DNA of 63,544 nt, filler included, from Nemertoderma westbladi (lineage: Eukaryota; Animalia; Xenacoelomorpha), in the NCBI GenBank assembly GCA_032718475.1. It is 3 parts of 3 records of this genome, joined end to end, with 100 filler letters (N's around TTAATTAATTAA, not from the genome) between each part and the next. Parts side by side here need not be neighbours in the genome. Positions count along the whole stretch, not along the records: positions 30,016 to 55,885 come from JAUCBJ010002926.1; positions 55,986 to 63,544 come from JAUCBJ010001283.1; 1 more part is not named here. One strand, 5' to 3'. This document shows positions 50,411-63,335 of this stretch, piece after piece. Positions within the stretch are counted from its first letter, which is position 1; every line of letters begins with the position of its first letter. A program made the position numbers and the translations under genes. The notes under the pieces are model-generated. The model was not told where the DNA came from and ran no database searches. It saw only the letters and a list, made by a program, of their open reading frames with translations.

Positions 50411-53024
50411 CGGTAATGGTGAAAAATATCGAGAGTAAAAATAGCGAGAGTAAAAATATCGAGAGTAAAAATAACGCGAGTTGAAAAATATTGAAAATAA
50501 CGAGTGTTAAAAAATATAGAATGTTGAAAAATATCGAGTGTTGAAAAATATCGAGTGTTGAAAAATATCGAATATTTGCTTTGCTTTTTGCTTTGCTTTG
50601 TTGAAAAATATTGAGAGTAAAATTATCGAGTGTTGAAAAATATCGAGAATAAAAATATCGAGAGTAAAAATATCGCGTGTTGAAAAATATCGAGAGTGAA
50701 AATATTGAGTGTTGAAAAATATCGAGAGTAAAAATATCGAGTGTTGAAAAATATCGAGAGTAAAAATATCGAGTGTTGAAAAATATCGAGAGTAAAAATA
50801 TCGAGTGTTGAAAAATATCGAGAGTAAAAATATCAAGTGTTGAAAAATATCGAGTGTTGAAAAATATCGAGTGTTGAAAAATATCGAATATTTGCTTTGC
50901 TTTTTGCTTTGCTTTGTTGAAAAATATTGAGAGTAAAATTATCGAGTGTTGAAAAATATCGAGAATAAAAATATCGAGAGTAAAAATATCGCGTGTTGAA
51001 AAATATCGAGAGTGAAAATATTGAGTGTTGAAAAATATCGAGAGTAAAAATATCGAGTGTTGAAAAATATCGAGAGTGAAAATATCGAGTGTTGAAAAAT
51101 ATCGAGAGTAAAAATATCGAGAGTAAAAATATCGAGTGTTGAAAAATATCGAGAGTAAAAATATCGAGAGTAAAAATATCGAGTGTTGAAAAATATGGAG
51201 AGTAAAAATATCGAGTGTTGAAAAATATCGAAAGTAAAAATATCAAGTGTTGAAGAATATCGAGAGTAAAAATATCGAGTGTTGAAAAATATCGAGAGTA
51301 AAAATATCAAGTGTTGAAGAATATCGAGTGTTGAAAAATATCGAGAGTAAAAATATCGAGATTAAAAATATCGAGTGTTGAAAAATATCGAGAGTAAAAA
51401 TATCAAGTGTCGAAAAATATCGAGAGTAAAAATATCGAGAGTAAAAATATCGAGTGTTGAAAAATATCGAGAGTAAAAATATCGAGTGTTGAAAAATATC
51501 GAGATTAAAAATATCGAGTGTTGAAGAATATCGAGTGTTGAAAAATATCGAGAGTGAAAATATCGAGTGTTGAAAAATATCGAGAGTAAAAATATCGAGT
51601 AAAAATATCGAGTGTTAAAAAATATCGAGAGTAAAAATATCAAGTGTCGAAAAATATCGAGAGTAAAAATATCGAGAGTAAAAATATCGAGTGTTGAAAA
51701 ATATCGAGAGTAAAAATATCGAGTGTTGAAAAATATCGAGAGTAAAAATATCAAGTGATGAAGAATATCGAGTGTTGAAAAATATCGAGAGTAAAAATCT
51801 CGAGTGTTGAAAAATATCGAGTGTAAAAATATCGAGTAAAAATATCGAGTGTTAAAAAATATCGAGAGTGAAAATATTGAGTGTTGAAAAATATCGAGAG
51901 TAAAAATATCGAGTGTTGAAAAATATCGAGAGTGAAAATATCGAGTGTTGAAGAATATCGAGTGTTGAAAAATATCGAGAGTGAAAATATCGAGAGTAAA
52001 AATATCGAGTGTTGAAAAATATCGAGAGTAAAAATATCGAGAGCAAAAATATCGAGTGTTGAAAAATATGGAGAGTAAAAATATCGAGTGTTGAAAAATA
52101 TCGAAAGTAAAAATATCAAGTGTTGAAGAATATCGAGAGTAAAAATATCGAGTGTTGAAAAATATCGAGAGTAAAAATATCAAGTGTTGAAGAATATCGA
52201 GTGTTGAAAAATATCGAGAGTGAAAATATCGAGTGTTGAAAAATATCGAGAGTAAAAATATCGAGTAAAAATATCGAGTGTTAAAAAATATCGAGAGTAA
52301 AAATATCAAGTGTTGAAAAATATCGAGAGTAAAAATATCGAGAGTAAAAATATCGAGTGTTGAAAAATATCGAGAGTAAAAATATCGAGTGTTGAAAAAT
52401 ATCGAGAGTAAAAATATCAAGTGATGAAGAATATCGAGTGTTGAAAAATATCGAGAGTAAAAATCTCGAGTGTTGAAAAATATCGAGTGTAAAAATATCG
52501 AGTAAAAATATCGAGTGTTAAAAAATATCGAGAGTAAAAATATCAAGTGTTGAAAAATATCGAGAGTAAAAATATCGAGTGTTGAAAAATATCGAGAGTA
52601 AAAATATCGAGTGTTGAAAAATATCGAGTGTAAAAATCTCGAGTGTTGAATAATATCGAGAATAAAAATATTGCATTTTGCGTGAGCAATTTATTTAGAA
52701 TTATGGAACAATATTGCAGTGCATGGGTTACAACTGTGCAAGAGAAAATAAATGGCATTAATACACCTTGGGTACCCATTTACCAGATTTATTATACTAG
52801 CTAGTTTTTGCTATTTTTTAATAAATATTATAGAATAAGTGCTACTGTAGCTATAAAATTTGCTCGATATTTTTTCAACACTCGATATTTTTACTCCCGA
52901 TATTTTTACTCTCGATATTTTTTGAACTCTCGATATTATAGTTATTTTTCAACACTCGATATTTTTACTCGCGTTACTTTTACTCTCGATATCTTTCATG
53001 TCTCGATATTTTTCAATATAACCG
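50411..53024. mobile_element. Foldback-like element with hugely expanded left arm of AAAAATATCGAG-based 15-18 bp units
   Basis: Ends CGGT...ACCG; left array 50420-52670, inverted right array 52863-53015; absent from the paralogous site near 34885. Confidence 0.75.
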
Positions 53025-53147
53025 TAATGACTGCAGTAAAATATAAAAATTGACAATCACTTACTTTTATTTTCTTCTACACTAAAAGTGACATACCGGA
53101 ATTTCCTTTAATGACCATTGATCGGAACAATTTTGTTACCGGTAACT

Positions 53148-54545
53148 TTAATCTTTATGAACAGTATTGATGTGGACGTTTAAGTAGCTTTGCCGGCTGT
53201 ATTCTTTATGACAATAACTGCAGTTATATTTAATACCTTTATGGATACAGTCGAAATGTCGTTTTAATAAGGATTTTGAAGGAAACGATTTCCCACAATC
53301 AAAGCAGCTGTACTTTATATCTTTATGAAAGTAGTTGACATGGATTGTTAGGTTGCCTTGATGAGCGAATTCTTTATTGCAATAAGAGCATTTATGTTTG
53401 ACATATTTATGGATAGAGTCGACATGTCGTTTTAGGTCGGATTTTGTAGGAAACGATTCCCCACAATCAAAACAGCTGTACTTTATATCTTTATGAATAG
53501 AGTCGACATGTCGTTTTAGTAAGGATTTTGTAGGAAACGATATCCCACAATCAAAGCAGCTGTACTTTATATCTTTATGAAAGTAGTTGACATGGGTTGT
53601 TAGGTTGCCTTGAAGACCGAATTCTTTATTGCAATAAGAGCATTTATGTTTGACATATTTATGGATAGAGTCGACATGTCGTTTTAGGTCGGATTTTGTA
53701 GGATACGATTTCCCACAATCAAAGCAGCTGTACTTTATATCTTTATGAAAGTAGTTGACATGGGTTGATAGTTTGCCTTGAAGACCGAATTCTTTATTGC
53801 AATAAGAGCATTTATGTTTGACATATTTATGGATAGAGTCGACATGTCGTTTTAGTTTGGATTTTGTAGGAAACGATTTCCCACAATCACAGCAGCTGTA
53901 CTTGATATCTTTATGAATGTAGTTGACATAGGTTTTTAGTTTGCTTTTCGGACTGAATTGTTTGTGACAATAACTGCAATTATGTTTGACATCTTTATGG
54001 ATAGAGTCAATATGATTATTTATATTACTCTTGTATTTAAACAGTTTCTCACAATAATCGCATTTATAATTTACTAACTCCCTACCAGTCTCACTACAAC
54101 TATCGGACTCTGGTGTTGCACAGCTGATTGTCGGTTCAGTACTGCTGCAATGATCAACGTTGTCACGAGAGGTTCCAGCAACGTTAAATTGTTCTTTAGC
54201 AGTTTGAGTTTCTGTTAATGACTCGGTAACTAAATCGTCTTCAGATTTTACACTGATAAATTGCAACCCAGAAGCAGAATGCTGAATATCTTCGGTTTCA
54301 ATAGGCCTACCGTGCGAACAGTCTGGGTTGTCGTCTTCCAGTTTTTCGACAACAGAATAATCTCCAGATGGTTCATAAGAATTAATATCTCCTAACAAAT
54401 TGTTGTGATATTCTATGGGAGATGATCTGTATCCGCAGTTATATTGTATAACTTCAGGAGAATAGGGGACACAGTCTGTTTTTTCCTTCTTTATAATTAT
54501 ACCGGCACCACATTCCTCTTTCAATAAAATAATTTGTTGATTCAT
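53148..54545 (-). CDS. Tandem C2H2 zinc-finger protein (11 fingers, finger 2 degenerate), single coding exon
   Basis: Intact 465-codon frame from ATG 54545; CxxC-x12-HxxxxH repeats at 29-aa period; acidic N-terminus with IKKE/VKSE motifs. Confidence 0.93.
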   Translation of the reverse strand: MNQQIILLKEECGAGIIIKKEKTDCVPYSPEVIQYNCGYRSSPIEYHNNLLGDINSYEPSGDYSVVEKLEDDNPDCSHGRPIETEDIQHSASGLQFISVKSEDDLVTESLTETQTAKEQFNVAGTSRDNVDHCSSTEPTISCATPESDSCSETGRELVNYKCDYCEKLFKYKSNINNHIDSIHKDVKHNCSYCHKQFSPKSKLKTYVNYIHKDIKYSCCDCGKSFPTKSKLKRHVDSIHKYVKHKCSYCNKEFGLQGKLSTHVNYFHKDIKYSCFDCGKSYPTKSDLKRHVDSIHKYVKHKCSYCNKEFGLQGNLTTHVNYFHKDIKYSCFDCGISFPTKSLLKRHVDSIHKDIKYSCFDCGESFPTKSDLKRHVDSIHKYVKHKCSYCNKEFAHQGNLTIHVNYFHKDIKYSCFDCGKSFPSKSLLKRHFDCIHKGIKYNCSYCHKEYSRQSYLNVHINTVHKD

Positions 54546-55511
54546 TATCAAATCTTAAATAAATATTTATCAATAAATTACAATATATACCAGAGACTAG
54601 GCCTATTGTAGATATAATTCAGGGTACAGGAATACCTAACGAACATGTACAATGTATATAATATATATAGTCAATCAGGCTAAAAATAACATTCGGAAAT
54701 ATAGGGTAAAAAACAGTCCCTACAACTACAACTCAAAAATTGTTTAAAACATTTGTGAATATTAACAACATGCAATGGTTGAATTGCGGGTCCATCTGTC
54801 ATGTTTGTATGTAATTTTTATTTTGCATTTGTTTTTCATGTTTGGGTAGTGAAAATGTCATTTAACGATTAGAACTCGATACATCAGTTTAACAGTCAGC
54901 AGTAAATTGAGCTCCTCCAATTATTACCAATTATTAATGGGCAAGACATTATCAGCGAATTATTCGAATACAGTAAAATATAATTGAGAGTTGAAATACA
55001 ACCTACTCAATAACATAGCCAAAAATATATAATAAATAAATAAATCCATAGGAATATGTTTTGTTCACGGTCGCAGGGACTGCCTTCTACCCCTCCGGTA
55101 GTGCACAGGCTCGGTTTCCACTTCTAATTTTTGTTGGAGCAGTAAATTGAGCCGGTAGATGTCACATATTATAGTGTTTTATTGACAAAAAAGGCTAACT
55201 ACAGGTATGAACTGTACAAGCAATTACTAAATAAAATACTCAACTACCAAATCTCTGCTAATCGTAAATCATTCAGGCACTTAAACTAGCATTCTTCCTC
55301 TCCTACTCCAGTGCCGCCGGTACAATTGAACATATCATTGGTAATTGAACATATCATTGATTGGTAATATTATTTGACTATTAGTTGATTGACTACTTAC
55401 AGCGCAGTAGGTACCGGTAGTGCTGTAGTGTGGTTGTGTCGTACTGGCAGGGCAGTTGCAGTAGTACTGACAGTGGTCAAATTAAGTAAGTATTTTTCTA
55501 GAAAAGACAGT

Positions 55512-55885
55512 TATTTCACGTGCTGCGCGAAGGGCACATCGTCCTCTGCAGCTGTAAATTTACATCACGTTAAATACACGACCTGGGGTGTCTGTCTGTA
55601 GATTTTCCGGGAAATGGCTGAATGGTGCTGGTGCACATTTGAAAACAGGCAAATATGGACTTTTCGAGAAATAAGCCATAAACTCATGATTTCTATCATG
55701 CTGCTCGAAGCGGAAAATCACCTAATTTAAATTTTTTTTTCTATGAATTTACACATAGGTCAGAGAGTGTCTCTATGGGTTCTATTACATTTGAAGCACA
55801 GTGACAAACACCTTTCCCCAGTGGCCATTTTTGGACCGATTTGTCTCAAATTTCATACAGACACTTCTGACATATGTGTAACTTC
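55512..55885. mobile_element. End of another HINE-like element, truncated by the gap
   Basis: TTCACGTGCTGCGCGAAGG is the reverse complement of 14769-14787; followed by GTCTGTCTGT. Confidence 0.45.
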
Positions 55886-55985
55886 NNNNNNNNNNNNNNN
55901 NNNNNNNNNNNNNNNNNNNNNNNNNNNNNTTAATTAATTAANNNNNNNNNNNNNNNNNNNNNNNNNNNNNNNNNNNNNNNNNNNN
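55886..55985. other. Artificial contig spacer N44-TTAATTAATTAA-N44
   Basis: Identical to the first spacer. Confidence 0.98.
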
Positions 55986-57399
55986 TACAGCCGAGAGAGA
56001 GAGAGAGAGGAACATAAATAGTTAGAACTAATACATTATGACGTTTGAAACGATTATATATTTATTGGATGTTGCGTTGCTACTTGATTTAATTCTTTAT
56101 CTGTGATTTATAAACAAATTATTAATTTCTCCATTTTATTTTCAAAAACGTTTAATTTTCGTTAACTTCAAACTATTTAGTATAAAATTATGTAGTTTAA
56201 ACGTGTGATACGGACACTAGGGCGATAACTAATGCTGAACACTGAAATTTAATACAAATTATTGCATTTACAGTTTATGTTTGTCTTGTCATCTCATCTG
56301 AATCTGTGTTGATTCTTTCCCTAGAGATGGTTACATTTATTACTATCTGGATATTTTATGGTCTATTATTTAGTCTATGTAATATTAAACATCTTGCAGT
56401 TACGAGTTGAAATATATATTTAGCACTTTATATTGACTACATAATATACTTTTTGCGGAATTTACTAACGTTTATGGTGCTTATTCTTTAGTTATTTATC
56501 TGTGATTATCTTTATGTAAGGAAACGTGGGCGTTTCGGGGATTCCGAGAAATATATAAGATATGCGCCTTTGTTTCAGTTTTACCTCTGAAGTGAAGCCT
56601 TAATGAAGTCTGAAGTCTTAATTGTAAAACATTATAAACAACACATTTGCGGAAAGTTGTAGGATACCCCAACAATATTTAAAAAAAATATTTTTTGAAA
56701 CTTTTTTTTCTACTATTTAAGATCAAATTTTTCGAAGATTACAGAAATAGGGGGTTTATAGGCATAGGATAAGCCTAAGGTGGACAAATATCTGTCGGTC
56801 GGTCTGTCTGAAAAGTCTGTCAAAACTGACAGACAGACAGACCGAAACACAGACAGTCTAGATTTGGTTACACTCAAAAACTGACATCAGAAATTAAATC
56901 ACCGACCAGGAAAACCCCTATATCAGAATCTTTAGGTAGGTGTTGTACTTATTTATTTTTTACAACCAGTTTGAATAATCCCTCGCTTTATAAAAAATAT
57001 GGCGGGAAGCTTTGAAAACCTTGAATGTCTTTTTCTCGAAAAGTATTGTTTTGTGTTTTTTTAGACACAAAGGTACAATTTTCTGAGGAACTATTGGATG
57101 AAATATCATGAAATTTTCAGGAAATGTTCACAACAACGATTGGCCTATGCATGACTATAATTTTTTGGTTGGGTGCCTTCTTAAGAATTTATTAAGAAAA
57201 TAGTTTTGAAATTTAGATTTTTAGTCAAAAACCGGGCATTGTTTACAAAATTGCCGTAAACAAAAAATTTTTATTTTTTTTTAGTCTTGCTCTTGTCCGA
57301 ATGGTTGATACAGCTACCTACAAAATTTCAGGAAATTTTATTTACGAGTTCTCTCAGAAAGGTACATTTTGTTAAATATTAATAGTAAAACATAAAGAA

Positions 57400-58604
57400 A
57401 ACCTTGGGGTACCCTACAACCTTAGGGTACCCTACAACCTTGGGGTACCCTACAACCTTAGGGTACCCTACAACCTTGGGGTACCCTACAACCTTAGGGT
57501 ACCCTACAACCTTAGGGTACCCTACAACCTTGGGGGTACCCTACAACCTTGGGGGTACCCTACAACCTTAGGGTACCCTACAACCTTAGGGTACCCTACA
57601 ACCTTGGGGGTACCCTACAACCTTGGGGGTACCCTACAACCTTGGGGGTACCCTACAACCTTGGGGTACCCTACAACCTTGGGGTACCCTACAACCTTGG
57701 GGTACCCTACAACCTTGGGGTACCCTACAACCTTGGGGTACCCTACAACCTTGGGGTACCCTACAACCTTGGGGGTACCCTACAACCTTGGGGTACCCTA
57801 CAACCTTGGGGTACCCTACAACCTTGGGGTACCCTACAACCTTGGGGTACCCTACAACCTTGGGGTACCCTACAACCTTAGGGTACCCTACAACCTTGGG
57901 GTACCCTACAACCTTAGGGTACCCTACAACCTTGGGGTACCCTACAACCTTGGGGTACCCTACAACCTTAGGGTACCCTACAACCTTAGGGTACCCTACA
58001 ACCTTAGGGTACCCTACAACCTTAGGGTACCCTACAACCTTGGGGGTACCCTACAACCTTGGGGTACCCTACAACCTTGGGGTACCCTACAACCTTGGGG
58101 TACCCTACAACCTTGGGGTACCCTACAACCTTGGGGTACCCTACAACCTTGGGGGTACCCTACAACCTTGGGGTACCCTACAACCTTGGGGTACCCTACA
58201 ACCTTGGGGTACCCTACAACCTTGGGGTACCCTACAACCTTGGGGTACCCTACAACCTTGGGGTACCCTACAACCTTGGGGTACCCTACAACCTTGGGGC
58301 ACCCTACAACCTTGGGGTACCCTACAACCTTAGGGTACCCTACAACCTTAGGGTACCCTACAACCTTGGGGTACCCTACAACCTTGGGGTACCCTACAAC
58401 CTTGGGGGTACCCTACAACCTTGGGGTACCCTACAACCTTGGGGTACCCTACAACCTTGGGGGTACCCTACAACCTTGGGGTACCCTACAACCTTGGGGT
58501 ACCCTACAACCTTGGGGTACCCTACAACCTTGGGGTACCCTACAACCTTGGGGTACCCTACAACCTTGGGGTACCCTACAACCTTGGGGTACCCTACAAC
58601 CTTA
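57400..58604. repeat. 18/19-bp minisatellite (AACCTT[G/A]GGGTACCCTAC), ~66 units
   Basis: Direct tandem array with a palindromic GGGTACCC core. Confidence 0.97.
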
Positions 58605-60759
58605 ACATGCCAAGAGAGACAAGCACAGTTTTTATGATATCTTTATTATATTGTTCTTGTATTTTTTATAATTTAAGTGAGGAGCACCTCCCTATTTGGA
58701 AATTTCAAATTTTTTATGATTCTTTCATGAGCCGAATTTAATGGAAATTTCAAATCTGCAAGCATTTTTCTCATATTTTCTCAAACTAGAGTTATGGGTT
58801 AAAACATCTGTTGTATTAGTCTCTTGTTTCACAAGCTTTCGAGCAGCACGATTTTTTTAAATTGAGCAAAGCCATTTTCACCAGAAAGACTCACAATGTA
58901 ATATCTTTTATTTTGCAATTTTATTTATATTATAAATAAAATTGCTTTAAGGTTGTTTTATGTAAGTTATATTTTTAGGAATTATGGATTATTTAATTGA
59001 ATTGCAATTCATTTTTGGCAAAGTTATTGTCGAACAAAGAAAGATGGAATTTTATATAAATTAACGGGAAAGTTTGAATTTACATGAATTTTAAACCCAT
59101 TTATCTCTAAATGTATTTGATACTGAAATCAGTTCGAATTTGGAAAAGGGATTCAAAATACGCTTGTCTCTAAGGCTATCGTGCAAATTTGGATTAAATA
59201 CTTGTGGGGCCACTGTATAGCGAAAAGGCCCAAAAACCCACTTTGTGGTCCTTTTTGTGTATAAAATGGCCCCAGTTCAATTGCAGCCAAGATTCCTCGA
59301 TATCATTGGATGCAGCCGTAAATTGAACAATGTTACCAAAATTTAACTTCAAACTCCATAGAATCAAAATTGTTCAAGAAATACCGGTCCGGTAGCCTTT
59401 TTGGCTGATTAAAGTGTCATTTTGTATCCCTTTTGAACAAAAAATGGAATCGGCCATTCCTACACTCCCGAGACGATGTTTGATAGCACTAATTGATATT
59501 TTCTCTCGATTTTAGGATGCAGAAACATCACAATAATAAGTTATATGTGTCACTACCTACCCCCCCCCCCCCCCCCCCCCCCCCCATGTGACACCACCTT
59601 TCCATCGTGTACGGGGTCCAGGACATAGCGTTACCCATTAATACTCTACATCAATGACGGACAAATCAAAAATTTAAATAATATATTCGAGTTGTTTATC
59701 ACATTAATTGACGGATAATCGTTAAATAATTATTATTATTCGAACATAAATTTACGAGTTTGTCTCCGCCACCAATAGAAAAACATTTGGCCTACATGTT
59801 GGTTCGTTTTCTCCTCAATAACTTGTAACACCATAACTTATTACTCAATTAGTTCCATTTCGTGTATAATTTCTTCAAATGTATAATTGAGATCTGTACT
59901 GACTGTACAAAACTCGTGAGAATCACCTTCCAGGTATAGATCGGTCCACAAGCAGCCGCACCAATTGAACATGGTACATTCATTCAGCTGTCCCTGACCC
60001 CATTCATACATGCATTTGTCGCACTATTAAAATATAAAAGGCGTTTCGGTAAAATTGGCCCAAATCATAATATTATTGAACACATTAATTTTATTGATTA
60101 CTAAAACACTTACACTTACTACGATTAGTAGTATGCTTAGAGTATGGCAAAGTTTAAGTATTTTTTATTCTACACTTAAATCACCTTTGCCGTTTTTCTA
60201 AATTTATTCGCGAGTTGAAAAATAATAACTCGCGTGAAAAATAATAAACAAACATGAAAAATATTAAACTATGCGATACATAGACTACTGTACAGTAATT
60301 AATTATAGATTATAATTTACTGTACTGTATAATTAATTGTTATACCCACATCAACTCTTGGTGACAATCCTATGAGGTTATCAATGCTTTCAACAACCTT
60401 AACATTTCCGTTTATTGAAACTAAACCGATGAACAGAATAAATATTACATCCATGTTTTAAATGTCAATTATCTTAATTAATAAGTTTACAGTGTAGGCT
60501 TGGCTTACAGTAGGCCTACAGTATATACTGTACTGTACCGGTGATACAATTTCAAAGGTTCATGCAATTTCCAGACATCAGACCACAACTAATGTACCAT
60601 AATTTGATTAAAAACCGGAGCTTGTGCTCCAACCAAAAGGCGCACGCACACCAAACATAATAATGTTTGTATAATCATGTACAGTACAGTAGGGCCTACA
60701 GTAGATCAAGTTGCTTTTAATTTGTCTAGGCCTACCTTAATTTAAGGTCACCTCAAATG

Positions 60760-61205
60760 TCCATCATGCTTATTCAATCCATGAGGCCGCCAAAGCACAA
60801 GATTATGCACTAGCAGCTGGTCCTCACAGCGAAAGCGATGTCCTGCAAAGCGGAGGCGGCTTTGTTCTAGTGTCAAGCTTGGGGGAACCAATGAGACACC
60901 TCCAATGTTATATACAGTAGTGCCTGGTTCGAGATATGTGCATTGTACTTGACACAGTGAACCCGGCGTAGCATTCTTGTGAATGTGCCATCCAGAGATT
61001 TGGTGTTTTCAGCATTTAGAGCCCAGCATGGACTCCTATAGAGGAGTAATGGAACTACTGCTGCTCTGAATAATAGGACCTTAATTTTCAGATGAATTCT
61101 GTGTGACTTACAAATCCTGGAAAGCCCATTCAAGGCTGCCCATGCCTTTCCCTTACGTATTCGAAGGTCCTGACCTGACTTCGGGATCCATGATCCATTC
61201 AGCAA
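60760..61205 (-). mobile_element. Older, diverged fragment of the RTE-clade LINE
   Basis: GSWIPKSGQDLRIRKGKAWAALN...RMLRRVHCV homologous to ~38440-38870. Confidence 0.88.
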
Positions 61206-61234
61206 GAACATTTTGGGGGCGGTCATTCATAAAT

Positions 61235-61670
61235 AACGGAATGGGTCAAGGATTTCACTTTCAGACATTTCGCCCTCTAGCGGCAGACTAGTGAACTGCA
61301 GACGGATTAGCCACCTTTATCATGACATAGGCCTACTATGACTAATTCTCCAGTACAAATCTGCCCAGTTTAATCTTGAACGAATTAAGAGCAAAGAAAT
61401 GGGAGGAGATTTAGTGTTTGGACATGTAGCCCTTTAGTGGGAGACCTTTGAACTGATAACGTCAAAAAGTCGCTAAATAATTCACAACTTTTGGTCTTAT
61501 ATTTATGCCTTCACATTTTCTACTCAACAGCTTTAAATCCGACGAAATTATTAGCATGTCAAAATCGTTACGACGGCGGCGACAGCAACGATGACAACAA
61601 CTACAGTATTTGCCATGATTGACCACCCCACAGTCGCTAAGGCACCGCCAACTTCCGTGGCTCGCTCCAG
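61235..61670 (-). mobile_element. Partial copy of the HINE-like family inserted in the Roco gene
   Basis: Colinear with ~15580-16011, including GCCCTCTAGCGGCAGAC, the GAC tract and CGCTAAGGCACCGCCAACTTCCGTGGCTCGC. Confidence 0.85.
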
Positions 61671-62396
61671 GTGAATAATACTGACTTTTCACAACTTACA
61701 TACAGTAACATAAGAGTGAAATATTTGCTTACAATCACCTCGCGACACCTACTGTAGGCGTAGTGCATTTTTGACATTTCGAATAATATCCAGTAAATTT
61801 ATCGAAATGTTGTAATGGAAAATTTTTATAGCCATTAAAAACTTTTTCAAATGTATGTCCACAATTCGAACTCCCAAATAAAAACACATTGTTTTGTGCG
61901 ACATTTAAGAATATAATTTGTATTGTAAAATCAATTTTATTTATCCAATTAATTTTAAATTGTTCGGTGTGTATACGTGTCAGTAATTACCTACTTCAGT
62001 CCCAATGGGTTGATTGACGGTTACGTTTTATATTATATTCTATTCATCACGATGCCTCAAATCAATAATTATTTTCGTTATAATTGTCAACTTCATTAAT
62101 TTGAGTGCAGTTGTTCTCGTTTTTCCTTTAAGTTTATTTCTTGATTTGGATTGTCTGTAAATTAGGGCTGGTTGCACTGCTATTGTACGTCATTCAAACC
62201 CGGAGGCTAGCCATCAAATGTGTGTCTCGCCACTCAATACGATTTTAGGACTATAGCCCCCCTGAGAACTTATCGCCCCTCAATTGTTCCATTTATGCAC
62301 CTGGTAAACTTATCGACACTACGACACTGTGCTGTGACAAATAAGAATTTTGATTGAGAAACGTTTAGGCTGAGTAAGCGAAGCCAGGGAATGCCT

Positions 62397-63335
62397 ACTA
62401 CTACTACTAGGATCGGCATGCTGCATTGCAGCTGCATTTTTAAGAATGCTGTGCCGGCTTATCGACAAAATCGCACCGCCACAACTCCCTATCACCCATG
62501 ACATTTGCTAGATCATCCGCATCTTCAAGGCCAGTGTCCTTTAAGATGCGTCTCAAGAAAGTCATGGGTTGTCCACCATGCTTATTCACTCCATGAGGCT
62601 GCCAAAGTACAAGATTATGCACTGGCTGGTCCTCACGGCGAAAGCAATGTCCTGCAAAGCGGAGCCGATTTTGTTCTAGTGTCAAGCTTGGGGGAACCAA
62701 TGAGACACCTCCAATGTTATATAGTGTCTGGTTGGAGATGTGTGCATTGTACTTGACACAATGTACCCGGCGTAGCATTCTTGTGAATGTGCCATCCAGA
62801 GATTTGGTGTCCTCAGCAGTTAGAGCCCAGCATGGACTCCCGTAGAGGAGTACTGGAACTACTGCTGCTCTAAATAATCGGACCTTAAGTTTCCGATTAA
62901 TTCTAGGTGACTTCCAAATCCTGGAAAGCCTATTCAAGGCTGCCCATGCCTTTCCCTTACGTATTCGAAGGTCCTCACCTGACTTCCGGATCCATGATCC
63001 CAGGTAACAGAAGTCGTCCACATGCTCAAGCATACCATCCTTTGAGCTTATGCTCATCCGATCAGAGACTTGCTGAGGACTTTCAAAGTTAACTGTCAGA
63101 ATTTTGGTCTTTCTGGAGTTAATAAAAAGACCAACACTAGAAGCAGCATGTTCTAATGAGCTGAGGAGCCGCTGGGCTCCCTCTAATGATTCTGAGAGTA
63201 CTCCTAAGTCATCAGCAAAGTCTAGATCAGTTAGGTACTTGGCAGGATTTCCTCGACTTCTGGAGCCAGTAGGTGGAGTTATCATCACCCCATCATCATT
63301 ATGATGATCTAAGGACATGCGTAGAACAAGAAGAA
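62397..63335 (-). mobile_element. 5'-truncated RTE-clade LINE with open RT C-terminal frame
   Basis: Near-identical to ~38110-39044; YLTDLDFADD intact; (TAG)n tail; TSD CAGGGAATGCCT at 62385-62396 and 63336-63347. Confidence 0.95.

Noticed and set aside
50507-52779. Phe/Ile-rich ORFs resembling membrane proteins
   Set aside because: Translations of the AAAAATATCGAG array in all minus frames
57549-58741. GVPYNL / GYPTTL / WGTLQP repeat proteins
   Set aside because: 18/19-bp repeat with frequent frame-shifting G-run changes
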